In this document: piece by piece, positions 27,146 through 37,356 of the stretch
Layout of the letters: each line of letters starts with the position of its first letter
How positions within the stretch are numbered: the stretch's first letter is position 1
Source of the DNA: a virus
Virus record (IMG/VR): IMGVR_UViG_3300038556_000043
Span: 19,736-83,735 of that record
Direction: 5' to 3' (one strand)
Length of the DNA: 64,000 nt
Made by a program: the position numbers and the translations under genes
The notes under the pieces: generated by a model
Told to the model about the DNA's origin: nothing
The model's database searches: none
The model's input: only the letters and a program-made list of their open reading frames with translations

Positions 27146-27786
27146 TGCAGATTTTAGATGCATACGAAGGTTTTCTTCGGGCAATTGACAAGTACCAGGT
27201 TGCCACTGTAAGGAAAGAAAATTTCCTGTACTGGTTTCATCAAGGCCAGCAGGATTATGTTGATCAGCGTGTAAACTTTTTCGAGCAGACTGGTGAGATT
27301 GACGACGACCTAGCTATGATAACGAGTGAAAAGACCTATAGCTCTCCGTCGTTTACTTCCGGTCTTGACTTGCCAGAAGATTACTTTCGTACTGCAAGCT
27401 TGATTGTGTTTTTCAACTATAAGAATAATTGCGATGATACTGTAGAAGATTCTGAGCCGATCAAAAGACTGACTGGCGACAAAAAGGGGTTCGTTCTTTC
27501 TAATCCGTATTACAAGCCTAATCGCAACCGCTGGTACTACGAACGTTTGCAAAAGAAGCTAAAACTGTACGGCGACAAAGATGTAACGATTACAGAGATT
27601 ATCATGCGTTACGTTCAAAAGCTTCCTATTTACACTACTACTGATTTGGAAGCCAATAAAGATACTATTTGGTCCAAAGACCAGCAAGATCAAATCTCGA
27701 AGAAAGCAGCAATGCTTTTTCTTGAGAATAAACAATCGCAACGTGTCGGCACGTTTGCGCAGGTCAATAAGACTGACCAAATCTAA
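27145..27786 (+). CDS. tail ring / head-tail connector protein (P22 gp4-like)
   Basis: 213 aa; LPEDYFR...NPYYKP...WYY pattern; position. Confidence 0.65.
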   Translation: MQILDAYEGFLRAIDKYQVATVRKENFLYWFHQGQQDYVDQRVNFFEQTGEIDDDLAMITSEKTYSSPSFTSGLDLPEDYFRTASLIVFFNYKNNCDDTVEDSEPIKRLTGDKKGFVLSNPYYKPNRNRWYYERLQKKLKLYGDKDVTITEIIMRYVQKLPIYTTTDLEANKDTIWSKDQQDQISKKAAMLFLENKQSQRVGTFAQVNKTDQI

Positions 27787-27830
27787 TTCGCTTTTCCCAA
27801 AGCGGGTTATAAGATTCAATTTACAATACA

Positions 27831-28925
27831 ATGACTAAATTTAATTTAGAACCACAAAAACTTGTCATCAACCGCGCCGCTGATTTTCCGATGCTTTGGT
27901 ACATCAAAACGGCTCCTGGGTTTAACCTGATTGAAACTAATGACGTGTTTACGGCCGGTACTAAAACACTTGTCAGCGAAGGCGCAGGATACAGCCCTGA
28001 TGCAGATGGTGTGATGGCTGACCCTGATGGCGTTGGCGCAGGTACCGCAATTGCTATTGCTGATGTGGATGCGCTTAATATCGTCGGCCATAAATGGTAT
28101 CGCCGGGGTGAGGTTACCCGCGTGACAAAATCTCGCGGTATCGGCGGCCAAAAGCAAATCAGCACTTTGGCTTTTGCATTGGCTTCTCCGGATGCTGGCG
28201 CTCAGATTGTGTTGAAAATCACTTTCTCGTCTTGGGATGAAAAAGGTGAATACGCAACACACAATTCTGACTTCAAGGTTGACAAAGAGTTTGTGATTGA
28301 CCTTGCTACGGGTGAGACTCCGACTACACTGGCTACCAAAGTGGCTGCCATGTTCTCCGAGCAAGGCCAGAAAGAACAGCGGTATTTCCCTCTGACTGTG
28401 ACTGCTTCTGGCGCTACGATAACTTTCACTGCCAAAGATGAGTACACTGCCTTCACAATGTCTGTATACGGTGTTACCGATACAATCTTTGGCGGCACTA
28501 CTGTAAACCAGGTGTCAAGCGGCAAGGTTACTCCTACCGTTACTGTTACGCAACTGAACTTTTCTGGCCGGAACAACTACGCTAACCTGCGCATGGAGTT
28601 CCCCGAAACCAATCAGAAGGTTTATCCTTTTGCCAAAGGCCCGGAAGCGAAGCAGTTGATTTCTTCGAGCGATGTGTACAGCTGCTTCATCATTGAAGAG
28701 TCCGTGCCTCCTTCCTACGAAGATGTACACGGATTGGGCTACCAGGGCAATCGTTACGTTAAGTCTTTCATTTACCTGAACGAAACGACCTGCAAAGACC
28801 AGATCAATTACTTGGTTGCCTATTTCAACTCGGTAGCTACTACCAAAGTTGATATGCCGGCCACAACCCCTGCTGCTGCTTTGGCGGTAGAAGCGTTAGG
28901 TACTACTCTGACGGTAAACCCATAA
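27831..28925 (+). CDS. auxiliary capsid (decoration) protein
   Basis: 364 aa, Thr/Ala-rich beta protein followed by a terminator; crAss-like order. Confidence 0.6.
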   Translation: MTKFNLEPQKLVINRAADFPMLWYIKTAPGFNLIETNDVFTAGTKTLVSEGAGYSPDADGVMADPDGVGAGTAIAIADVDALNIVGHKWYRRGEVTRVTKSRGIGGQKQISTLAFALASPDAGAQIVLKITFSSWDEKGEYATHNSDFKVDKEFVIDLATGETPTTLATKVAAMFSEQGQKEQRYFPLTVTASGATITFTAKDEYTAFTMSVYGVTDTIFGGTTVNQVSSGKVTPTVTVTQLNFSGRNNYANLRMEFPETNQKVYPFAKGPEAKQLISSSDVYSCFIIEESVPPSYEDVHGLGYQGNRYVKSFIYLNETTCKDQINYLVAYFNSVATTKVDMPATTPAAALAVEALGTTLTVNP

Positions 28926-28941
28926 TTGTAGCAGTGTACAT

Positions 28942-28980
28942 AAAATGGGCTATGTCTTTGCTGGCATAGCCCATTTTTTT
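28942..28980 (+). terminator. intrinsic terminator
   Basis: AAAATGGGCTATGTC...GGCATAGCCCATTTTTTT. Confidence 0.8.
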
Positions 28981-28998
28981 AAATCAAACAGAAAACCT

Positions 28999-29685
28999 AT
29001 GGCTGATTCAGTAGAAATAATGACCTCGGATAAGATTGTCTGGGCTGTCATTTCCCATTTAATGGGCGGCTTGCAAGCGGTATCCAATCACCCTTTCTCA
29101 GAGGAGTTGATTGCCGACGAGATAGACAACATTCGATTGGAACTGATAAAAAATCCAAAAATTCTTGCAGCCCTTGACTTTCGGCTCATTTCCCAATCGG
29201 TAGGTTGCATTGATGTTCAGAAGGTACCCGATCAGGAATGCGTTGAACTTGGATTTGAAGGATACTTTTGGCGCACAAAAGACAAGCTGCCTAAAATGCT
29301 TACCATTCCTGGCAAACCACTGGTGGATTACATTGGTGCGGCAAACTGGATGCAACGCTACGATGTAATTTCAATGGAGTACCTGGATAGTTTAAGGTAT
29401 GATAAATACCCTGTCCCGGTGGCTTTCTGGATGAATGACTATTTTTATTTTGCGCACCTTCCCAAAAATACCGAAGTAGTTGCTATCCGGGCCCCGTTTG
29501 AGCGGCCTACCCAGATAGTAAAAAAATACTCTTGCTGCAAAGACAATTCTTATCCGATTCCTGGTGAGTTTGTTCAGGGTATCATTCGGAATCTGGTGGA
29601 TAATTACGTCAAATACGGATACTTCCGCAATCCGCAGCCAAACACCCAAGCTTTTATACCTCAGCCACAAGGAGGGGCTAAATAA
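28999..29685 (+). CDS. tail ring protein (putative)
   Basis: Start MADSVE; C-terminal PQPNTQ motif; position. Confidence 0.6.
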   Translation: MADSVEIMTSDKIVWAVISHLMGGLQAVSNHPFSEELIADEIDNIRLELIKNPKILAALDFRLISQSVGCIDVQKVPDQECVELGFEGYFWRTKDKLPKMLTIPGKPLVDYIGAANWMQRYDVISMEYLDSLRYDKYPVPVAFWMNDYFYFAHLPKNTEVVAIRAPFERPTQIVKKYSCCKDNSYPIPGEFVQGIIRNLVDNYVKYGYFRNPQPNTQAFIPQPQGGAK

Positions 29686-30545
29686 TGCAAATGCACCAAC
29701 CTGAAAAACTATATCCCATTCTTTCGGTAATGTCTCTTTGCCGGGATCTTTTTGACTTGCAGGTGGCCAAAAAGAAATTATTGGAAACGTGTCATATCCC
29801 GCTTTCGGAAATAGGCAATTACAATGTAAAAGTCGAGGATCAGGTTTTTGTAGTAAAAGAGTCTGACGAAAAAGATTTTGGAGAAATAGAACTCGAATGC
29901 AAAACATTCTTCATTCAAAAGGTTCTTGCCGATCCTAATTATGTCTCGCCAGTCATGTTGCAACAAAGCGAGATACAATACCTGAACAATCCGGTTCGCT
30001 TTGTCGAATACGTTACGGAAAATAGCATGGTAGACTGGGAAAATATTTTCGATTCTTCCGGAAAGTTTGTCGGTACCGTCCGCGCAGGAAAGTTTTATGA
30101 CAATACTGGTCAGGAGGTAGGAAACCTGGAAGCGCAAAAGCTGAAAGAGGAAAAAGAAAAGTGCGGTTTGATTTTTACCCTGCCTATCCCCTATCAGATC
30201 AAAAACTGCAAAATACAGTTAAACAAGAAATTCGTTGGCCACAAAGTTCGTATGAAATGGGAATACCTGATTGATGATGAGAACGGGCTGCCGCTGGTGG
30301 ATGAGAATACCAGAACGGCCATTGCCTTTTACATGAACTACCTACGGCAAATGACTTTGTATTTTCAAGGGCAGGCTCCGAAGCAAGTCATGGATAAGGC
30401 CGAAGAGCTTTATCAACAAAAGGCAACGTTTGCTCGTACTTCGGCAAGCCTAAACGAAAACATGAGAGCTCAGATCACAAACATGCTAATGAATTTCAAT
30501 AACCAAATGTATAACGCAGACCTGGACGATGAAAGTTTTCAATGA
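29685..30545 (+). CDS. tail ring protein (putative)
   Basis: 286 aa; DDENGLPLVDE...AIAFY pattern; position. Confidence 0.6.
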   Translation: MQMHQPEKLYPILSVMSLCRDLFDLQVAKKKLLETCHIPLSEIGNYNVKVEDQVFVVKESDEKDFGEIELECKTFFIQKVLADPNYVSPVMLQQSEIQYLNNPVRFVEYVTENSMVDWENIFDSSGKFVGTVRAGKFYDNTGQEVGNLEAQKLKEEKEKCGLIFTLPIPYQIKNCKIQLNKKFVGHKVRMKWEYLIDDENGLPLVDENTRTAIAFYMNYLRQMTLYFQGQAPKQVMDKAEELYQQKATFARTSASLNENMRAQITNMLMNFNNQMYNADLDDESFQ

Positions 30546-31371
30546 CACGTTTGCCTTGCAGTTGATGCAAGTGTATCCGGACGAATACATTAAATGGCTG
30601 GACATAGGTTATTCGGGTAATGGCGGCATTCGCAAACGCAGACAGAAATGTAATAAGATTCTGATGTGTGCGCTCAATTACATTCTGACCAATATCATTT
30701 TGTATGACCGTTATTATCAAGCCCCTTTTCGCGGAAAAAGCTTTTTTCTGATGTTTATGACAGCCAAAAGCAAAAAAGAGGTAGCCTACATTCTCAAGAC
30801 CAAGCCGCTTTACCAGTACGTAGACCTGATTCAGACCCGGGGAATGATTTACGAGATAGGAATGCATTTTCCCATGATGCCAAAAGGGAAAAGGCGTGTC
30901 AGGGTTCGGGTTGGCAAAAAACACTGGTATGCCATTGAAGCAATGTCCAATAGTGGCAAAGTATATTCGCTGGCCAACTACAAGGAAAGTGTCATAGAAC
31001 CATTGTCTCACAAAGAGATTTGCGATTATGTACAAAAGCAGATTCCGGAAGAAAGCCGAAAGACAATCAGCCGCTGCATTTCTTTTGGCATGAGAAGAAT
31101 CGGTTATTACAGTCGCAAAGGGGATGGTGTCAATTTTCTTTCGGCTCCTACCGGATTTTCTTTTCGTACATTTTATTACAAAAGGTTTACCGCTGAAATG
31201 GCAAAGAAAAGCTTGGCTTTAATGATCTCAAACAAAAATTGTAACGACCAGGGCATTAAAAGCAAGCAAACAATAATTAAAGAAAAACTAACATGGCTTC
31301 GCACAAAAACCAGTTTGAAAAAGGACTCCAGCAAGGCATCCACCCCTGGGTACAACAATCCAACACCCTGA
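30529..31371 (+). CDS. basic IHF/HU-like DNA-binding protein, apparent two-domain fusion
   Basis: Lys/Arg-rich; located where crAss-like phages carry two IHF-like genes before the muzzle. Confidence 0.55.
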   Translation: MKVFNDTFALQLMQVYPDEYIKWLDIGYSGNGGIRKRRQKCNKILMCALNYILTNIILYDRYYQAPFRGKSFFLMFMTAKSKKEVAYILKTKPLYQYVDLIQTRGMIYEIGMHFPMMPKGKRRVRVRVGKKHWYAIEAMSNSGKVYSLANYKESVIEPLSHKEICDYVQKQIPEESRKTISRCISFGMRRIGYYSRKGDGVNFLSAPTGFSFRTFYYKRFTAEMAKKSLALMISNKNCNDQGIKSKQTIIKEKLTWLRTKTSLKKDSSKASTPGYNNPTP

Positions 31372-34300
31372 CTGTAATGGAAAATTCGCGGTTGCTATCG
31401 AAAGAATCTACTTCGATGGTAACCCAAGCAATGCCTTCTACCAAGATACTTGAATCATTGCCGGAAGGTGCCATTGTCAGGGCTTGGGACGAATTCAATG
31501 GAGTTGTTTATTTGTTGCTCAAATACGAGGCTACCGGCGAGGGAGAAATAGGTTCGTTTCCTTCTCCGAATTATTCCAAAAGCCCCATTAGTATTGATGG
31601 TGTAACCTACGCGGCCGATGATCTGATTCCCCGGTATTCTGCTTTTCAAAACCTTAAAAAGATAAACCAGGATTTTTATTCTGATTTTAAGACTATTTAT
31701 TTGACGCTGGCAGAAGACAAGGTTGTAGATATCCAATTGCAGCCCGAATACGATGGATCGGTAAATGTGATTTTTACCGATGACACGGCGCCACTTCGTC
31801 TGATCAACTCACGGTTCTCGGTTTTGCCAGACAACAAATTCCAGATAATCGACCGTCAAGGCACTTCCGATACCAACCTTTACAACGAAACAACGTTGCT
31901 GACTACCATCCAACTAATACTGCAATCGGATAGCATTGTCAAGGTTGATCTGGATTCGGTCACTTCCGGAGGCACGTTACGCGCGGGAAATTACAGATAC
32001 TATTTTGCCTACGAAACCGCTGATGGGAACGCTACCAATATCGTCGCGCAGAGCTCCCTTGTTTCGGTTTTCTTTGGGGATACCCTGGGAACGGTTCGCG
32101 GTGGCAAAGAGAATGAGAAAACCGACAAGGCCGTTCGTTTTGTTCTTAGCGGATTGAATACGGCTTATTCCCGGCTTCGCGTTTATTTTGATTATTCTGC
32201 CGGTGACGCATCCAATCAGACTACCCTTTACCGGATTGATGCCACATTTTCAATCACAGGAGGAAAAACCTCATTTACCCACACTGGTGCAGAGACAATA
32301 ATCCAAACAGAGGTTTCTACGGTTCAGACCAACTTTGCCAGCATCGATACTGTCAAAAGCATTTGTCAGATTGGTCCTTACCTGGTTGGGGCAAACGTGA
32401 AAGAAAAGATCACCGATTATTCTTCAATGATCAACTTTGCCAAACGCACCATTCTTTCTTCCGGATACGAATACCTGCCTTTGACAGAAACCGTTTCGCT
32501 TGAAGATAGCATGGCAACCCTTTTGAATACCAAGCTGACCAACGCAAAGCTTTCAAACGGATTTTATGGAGGAGGCTATGCCAACCCGATGAATATTTAT
32601 TACAAGCTTGGCTACATGGATGGAGAAGGGTATGTATTCGGTATTGTCTACATTATGTCTGACGGCTCTCTTTCGCCAGTATTTCCGCTAGTAGGATTTG
32701 ACAATCTACAAAATCAATTCGGCCAGCATGCCGGTGGCTACATCAGCAAGTTTCCCGGCGAAGACTTTACCTACAAAGACATTCCCGATTACGGTCCCGC
32801 TCAAATCGATGCATTGACCGATGGATTTGATGCTACGCCCGGCATTGGATTGAATACAAAAGGGATTTATCGTTTTCCTAACCGGAACAATAATTTTCCC
32901 AAGCAATTTGTTTCCAATGGATCTGCCGCCATTCAGCATTTGTTGGTACATGTTCCTCAGGTAAAACCGGAAAATACCATTGGCGCCATGTTTGTTCGTG
33001 CGCCTCGGGTGCCGGATCGGATTGCGCAGGGCTACGCTGTGCCTACATTCAAGCTTCGCCAATCGGAAACAACCTTTTATACCCATACCGATTTTACTTC
33101 CGCTCAGCTTACCGACGAATCGTATTACAAGGTATTGCCGATTGTAGGCGGTTTGGTAGAGACAATCAAAACCGACGTCGGGCCTTTTCACCGAGCAATC
33201 AAAGTACGCAGGGGAATCCCTCGTGGTACGATACTGGACAGCAAACGGGTATCTATCATTATTCCGGATATGTTCGGCAATCCTGCAGAATTGTCCCAGA
33301 CGCTAAACAACCTTTCAATAAGCGTTGAGTTTGCCGCAAGAGTCACTGCCAGAAGAGCGGCGCCATTTGATTTGACCAATGCGCTCAACAACTGGTATGC
33401 TACCCAGAGAGTAGCTTCTGTATTGCAAACCAGCAGCATTGATAATATTGTGGCCAATAGTTATCCTGGAGGCGGTAGTAGGTCTTCAATTCGCGTCAAC
33501 GGCCGTTCGTACTATACCGGCAAAGCGAGTGCGCTTTACAATGCGGGTTTGTTTACTTCTTCGTCAGAAGCCTATCTGATGTTTCGTGTTCCTGGTAGCA
33601 TTGGCAGTTCAATCAATAATGACGATTATTTCATGCACTTGTCTGCCAGCTACAATGATTACATTGGTTTGGTTCTGGCCAACAACACAAACCTGATTTC
33701 AAGAAACATTGCCGAAATGTGGCCGGAGTCAGGAAACGTAAACAACGATACCGGTTTGGATGCAAAAGACTGGAACGGCGGTACAATACTAATGTCTTAC
33801 CTTGTCAACATTTATCCTAATGGCGGCCAGCGCAACACTTCGATTTTGCGGGACATTTACCAGAATACCAATTCGCTTTCGTTCATGCCAATCAACCAGC
33901 GAATGACCTGGGAAGAAATAGAAGGCCAGTTGGATGCCGAGCGCAACATCAAACTGTATGGCGGCGATTGTTTTACCACGGCTTCTTTCCGAAGAGTTTA
34001 TAACACCAACATGGAACCTGCTTCAAAACCTACGCTGGAACCGAATGCAGTGTATTTTTCGGAAGATAAGAAAAACGCCAAAACAGGTCAGGTAATTACA
34101 TTGGTAACCCAGAACGCGAACAATCCTTATTTTCGTAATTCCGTTTCCGAACTGGTAAACGAACGAAAGCAAGCTTGGCTGCCATACATGGACGGATCTC
34201 AGTCAGATATCCGAAACTGGCGTTCATCCGACTTTATGGAACCCGAACCCGATGGTTACAACAGAGGGTATTCGGTACAATCCAATTCGGTGCCTATTGT

Positions 34301-35477
34301 TCCTTACGATGTGGATGCGCCTTACATTGCCAATCACTGGTTTAATCGAATCGTATATTTCGGCCCGCACATAATTAGCAGCTTTACCAATTCGTACCGA
34401 AGCTGGACAGGTGTAAACTACAAAGATTACGAAAGTAAATTTGGAGCCATCACCGCAGTGCGTAGTGTGAACAACATGCTTGCGTGTGTATGGGAAAATG
34501 CCCTGGGCTTTATTCCATTCCAGGAACGAACCTATGGCGGCGCATCCGAAACAGGTCAGGTGTTTGTTGAATCCGAAACGGTATTGGGGCCGCGGGCTAC
34601 GATTATCAGCAGTTTGTACGGTTCACGCCATATGAACAGTCTGATAGCTTCAGACAATGCCTTGTATGGCGTCGACGCCAAAAATCGTAAAATATGGGTG
34701 CTTACACCGCAGGGAGCAGATATGTTTTCCGATTTTTCATTGCATCCGTACCTGGAAAAATACGCAACCTCGTATGCTTCGCAAAAGATAAGACCTGGTT
34801 ATGAAAATATCGTTGCCGGCTTTAACAAGTTTTTTTCCGAAGTCTGGTTCACCTTTCTTTCTTCCAATAACCCCGAACAAAACTTTACCATTGTCTACAA
34901 TGAAAAGTTTGCTCAAGAAGGGGACATTCGTTGCAGTGGCTTTTTCTCAGGTGTTCCGTATTGTTATATGAGAATTGGCGAAAAAATGCTTTCCCTTAAT
35001 TCGGCCACTGATAAAAATGTCATTTGGGAACACGACAAATACAGTGAAGGCTTTTTGAAAATCTACGGTATCAACCGGAAAATGAAACTTGGCTTTGTGG
35101 TAAATCCCGAATCAGATGTTTCCAAAGTCTACGACAACCTGCGTATTTCTTCTAACCGGGTATTTCCGGAAAGAATAATCTGGACAGTTGACGGGGCCAA
35201 AGTTGAACAAGAAATCATTCCGGCCACTGGTAGCAATATCATTTCCTCCAATGCTGATTACGAAAACGGAAGGGTCTTTATTCCGGTACCGGAAGCCAAA
35301 GACGTTACCAATGATCCGATTCGCGCGTTTTTAAGAAACGAGATTGGAAACTTTGATTCTGAAATTGAAGAAAACGCCAATATGCAAGGCCGTGCGATGG
35401 AGGTTGTTTTACAATATGGTGGCAATAAGCCAATTGAAATTCTGTCTACAGAAACGATTGTTAGACTGCCATTATAA
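31293..35477 (+). CDS. muzzle / tail stabilisation protein (P22 gp10-like)
   Basis: 1394 aa beta-rich; GNYRYYFAYETADGN, SLYGSRH, YGVDA..RKIW. Confidence 0.8.
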   Translation: MASHKNQFEKGLQQGIHPWVQQSNTLTVMENSRLLSKESTSMVTQAMPSTKILESLPEGAIVRAWDEFNGVVYLLLKYEATGEGEIGSFPSPNYSKSPISIDGVTYAADDLIPRYSAFQNLKKINQDFYSDFKTIYLTLAEDKVVDIQLQPEYDGSVNVIFTDDTAPLRLINSRFSVLPDNKFQIIDRQGTSDTNLYNETTLLTTIQLILQSDSIVKVDLDSVTSGGTLRAGNYRYYFAYETADGNATNIVAQSSLVSVFFGDTLGTVRGGKENEKTDKAVRFVLSGLNTAYSRLRVYFDYSAGDASNQTTLYRIDATFSITGGKTSFTHTGAETIIQTEVSTVQTNFASIDTVKSICQIGPYLVGANVKEKITDYSSMINFAKRTILSSGYEYLPLTETVSLEDSMATLLNTKLTNAKLSNGFYGGGYANPMNIYYKLGYMDGEGYVFGIVYIMSDGSLSPVFPLVGFDNLQNQFGQHAGGYISKFPGEDFTYKDIPDYGPAQIDALTDGFDATPGIGLNTKGIYRFPNRNNNFPKQFVSNGSAAIQHLLVHVPQVKPENTIGAMFVRAPRVPDRIAQGYAVPTFKLRQSETTFYTHTDFTSAQLTDESYYKVLPIVGGLVETIKTDVGPFHRAIKVRRGIPRGTILDSKRVSIIIPDMFGNPAELSQTLNNLSISVEFAARVTARRAAPFDLTNALNNWYATQRVASVLQTSSIDNIVANSYPGGGSRSSIRVNGRSYYTGKASALYNAGLFTSSSEAYLMFRVPGSIGSSINNDDYFMHLSASYNDYIGLVLANNTNLISRNIAEMWPESGNVNNDTGLDAKDWNGGTILMSYLVNIYPNGGQRNTSILRDIYQNTNSLSFMPINQRMTWEEIEGQLDAERNIKLYGGDCFTTASFRRVYNTNMEPASKPTLEPNAVYFSEDKKNAKTGQVITLVTQNANNPYFRNSVSELVNERKQAWLPYMDGSQSDIRNWRSSDFMEPEPDGYNRGYSVQSNSVPIVPYDVDAPYIANHWFNRIVYFGPHIISSFTNSYRSWTGVNYKDYESKFGAITAVRSVNNMLACVWENALGFIPFQERTYGGASETGQVFVESETVLGPRATIISSLYGSRHMNSLIASDNALYGVDAKNRKIWVLTPQGADMFSDFSLHPYLEKYATSYASQKIRPGYENIVAGFNKFFSEVWFTFLSSNNPEQNFTIVYNEKFAQEGDIRCSGFFSGVPYCYMRIGEKMLSLNSATDKNVIWEHDKYSEGFLKIYGINRKMKLGFVVNPESDVSKVYDNLRISSNRVFPERIIWTVDGAKVEQEIIPATGSNIISSNADYENGRVFIPVPEAKDVTNDPIRAFLRNEIGNFDSEIEENANMQGRAMEVVLQYGGNKPIEILSTETIVRLPL

Positions 35478-35495
35478 GATAATTAATTAATATTA

Positions 35496-35503
35496 TATAT
35501 TTG
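35496..35503 (+). promoter_or_regulatory. host-type -7 element
   Basis: TATATTTG in AT-rich intergenic. Confidence 0.5.
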
Positions 35504-35506
35504 TAT

Positions 35507-36286
35507 ATGCATTATCCCAAAAAACGTCCAAAACTTGTTTCAGGTTCTACCATACCCCAAACAAGTACAAGCTCCGCTGGCGGTGCTGGCGGGGGTGCGG
35601 CTGGCGGCATTATTTCCATGGGTGCCGATTTGGTAGGCAAAGGCATTGATGAATTTGTTCCTGACAAGAATATGCGTTACGGTATCTCCTACAGACCTGT
35701 AGGGGCTACCGTAGGCAAGTCTGCTGCCAAAGGCGCGGCAATGGGTGCAGCTGTCGGTTCGGTTGTTCCCGGCATTGGTACGGCTATCGGTGCGGCTGTT
35801 GGTGGCGTGGGAGGTGCGGTTGTCGGGTTGATCAAAGGCAATAAGGAGAAAAAGAAAGCCGAGGAAGCCGTTCGCAAGATGGATGAAATCTCTGCCAAGG
35901 CTTATGATCGCCAGTCACAAGCTGCTTATTCGGCGTTGCCAAGTTCTTCTATGGGATTTTCAGCTTACGGCAAGAATGGCATGATGATTCCTAAAGCCTA
36001 CAATTTTGGTCCCATTTCTTATTTGAAAGAAGGCGGCGCCATTATTCTGGGCGGCCAGCGTCACAGCCAGGAAGGAAAGTTGGGCAAAGGCAATCCCGGC
36101 ATTGATACCGAAACTGGCGAAAAGCTGGTTGAGGTGGAAGCCAAGGAAATGCTTTTGACCATGGATCAGTCTGATAAGGTTCACAACCTGATGGAACAAT
36201 ACTATGAAAATCCTTCGGATGATGTGCTTTTTGATTTGGGCAGTGTTGCCAGAGATATTTTATTAACCGCTAAAAAACAAAAGTAA
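35507..36286 (+). CDS. virion cargo/ejection protein with glycine-zipper TM segment
   Basis: GAAMGAAVGSVVPGIGTAIGAAVGGVGGAVVG; EGG...G.RHS...EVEAKE. Confidence 0.7.
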   Translation: MHYPKKRPKLVSGSTIPQTSTSSAGGAGGGAAGGIISMGADLVGKGIDEFVPDKNMRYGISYRPVGATVGKSAAKGAAMGAAVGSVVPGIGTAIGAAVGGVGGAVVGLIKGNKEKKKAEEAVRKMDEISAKAYDRQSQAAYSALPSSSMGFSAYGKNGMMIPKAYNFGPISYLKEGGAIILGGQRHSQEGKLGKGNPGIDTETGEKLVEVEAKEMLLTMDQSDKVHNLMEQYYENPSDDVLFDLGSVARDILLTAKKQK

Positions 36287-36705
36287 TGGCCTTTTATCGC
36301 AAAAAACCGGTAGTAATTGAAGCAATCACCTTTGATGAATTTGTACAATACGGCAAAGAGAACGGTGGCAACATTGTCAACGGCATGCCCTGGAGTTTCA
36401 AATACAAAGGACATCCGGTTACACATCATTCTGATGAGGCATATTTGATTCCTTCTTTGGAAGGTACGGTAAAATTTACCAGAGAAGATATGCTCATTAC
36501 CGGAGTGGACGGAGAAATCTACCCTTGTAAAATAAGCATCTTTAAAAAAACCTATACAAAGGCCAAAGAACCGATGCCGGCCGAAGTAAAAGAGGCTTAT
36601 AAGTATATGGAAGATTGTCACAAGGATTTAGGTTTTATGGGTTCTCCTGAATACTACGAGAAAAAGAAAATCGTAGACAATTACAATCAAAGCAAAAAGA
36701 AATGA
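36286..36705 (+). CDS. conserved phage protein (KKPVVIEA family), moron-like
   Basis: RKKPVVIEA...IPSLEG...ITGVDGEIYPCK..IF.KTY. Confidence 0.8.
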   Translation: MAFYRKKPVVIEAITFDEFVQYGKENGGNIVNGMPWSFKYKGHPVTHHSDEAYLIPSLEGTVKFTREDMLITGVDGEIYPCKISIFKKTYTKAKEPMPAEVKEAYKYMEDCHKDLGFMGSPEYYEKKKIVDNYNQSKKK

Positions 36706-36923
36706 AACCGAAAGGAAACATTCTGATTCGTTCCGGAAAAGACGGAAAGCCATTGGCCCGGACACAATCCGGAGCCCGTATTTATTCGATCAAGGATACA
36801 AACAAGTTAATGAATTTGGCCAAAAAAGCCACTGATCGAGAATCTACCATTGCATTAGGCAAAGCAATGTTAGAATCAACTATTGCCCAAAACAATAAAC
36901 CAACCCAGTACACCAATGAATGA
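36702..36923 (+). CDS. small crAss-like cargo-cluster protein
   Basis: GARIYSIKDTNKLMNLAKKA...LGK pattern. Confidence 0.65.
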   Translation: MKPKGNILIRSGKDGKPLARTQSGARIYSIKDTNKLMNLAKKATDRESTIALGKAMLESTIAQNNKPTQYTNE

Positions 36924-37290
36924 AGTAATGCAACAATTGGCTGCCGTAGCGCAGCAGTATATGCAATCGCAGTCTCCGGAGGCTGCCATGCAACTGATCC
37001 AGATGGCGGCTCAATCGCAAGACCCGCAATTACTGATGATGGTAGCCGATAGTATTGCCGCGACTGTCAGCCAAGGCGCGGGCGATCCTGCGGCCGCTGG
37101 TGGTGATCCTGCCGCTCAGGGTGGCGCTCCTATGGGACAAAACGGAATGCAGGTTCCAACCATGGGCGGCGGTGGCCAGCAACCCATGTACGCAAACGGT
37201 GGTAAGCTGACTGCCATTGGCAAAATGAAGGCAAAACGTGCAGCAAAGCATGGTGCATCCCACAAGCCAAACACGATTGCCGCCAAATAA
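36916..37290 (+). CDS. Gln/Ala/Gly-rich crAss-like cargo-cluster protein
   Basis: MNEVMQQLAAVAQQ...QQPMYANGGKL. Confidence 0.7.
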   Translation: MNEVMQQLAAVAQQYMQSQSPEAAMQLIQMAAQSQDPQLLMMVADSIAATVSQGAGDPAAAGGDPAAQGGAPMGQNGMQVPTMGGGGQQPMYANGGKLTAIGKMKAKRAAKHGASHKPNTIAAK

Positions 37291-37308
37291 TCCGGCTTGT
37301 CAGACGTA

Positions 37309-37340
37309 AAAAAAAGGGACTTATGCAAGTCCCTTTTTTA
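37309..37340. terminator. bidirectional terminator between convergent genes
   Basis: AAAAAAAGGGACTT-ATGC-AAGTCCCTTTTTT. Confidence 0.85.
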
Positions 37341-37356
37341 ATATCGATCAATCTTC

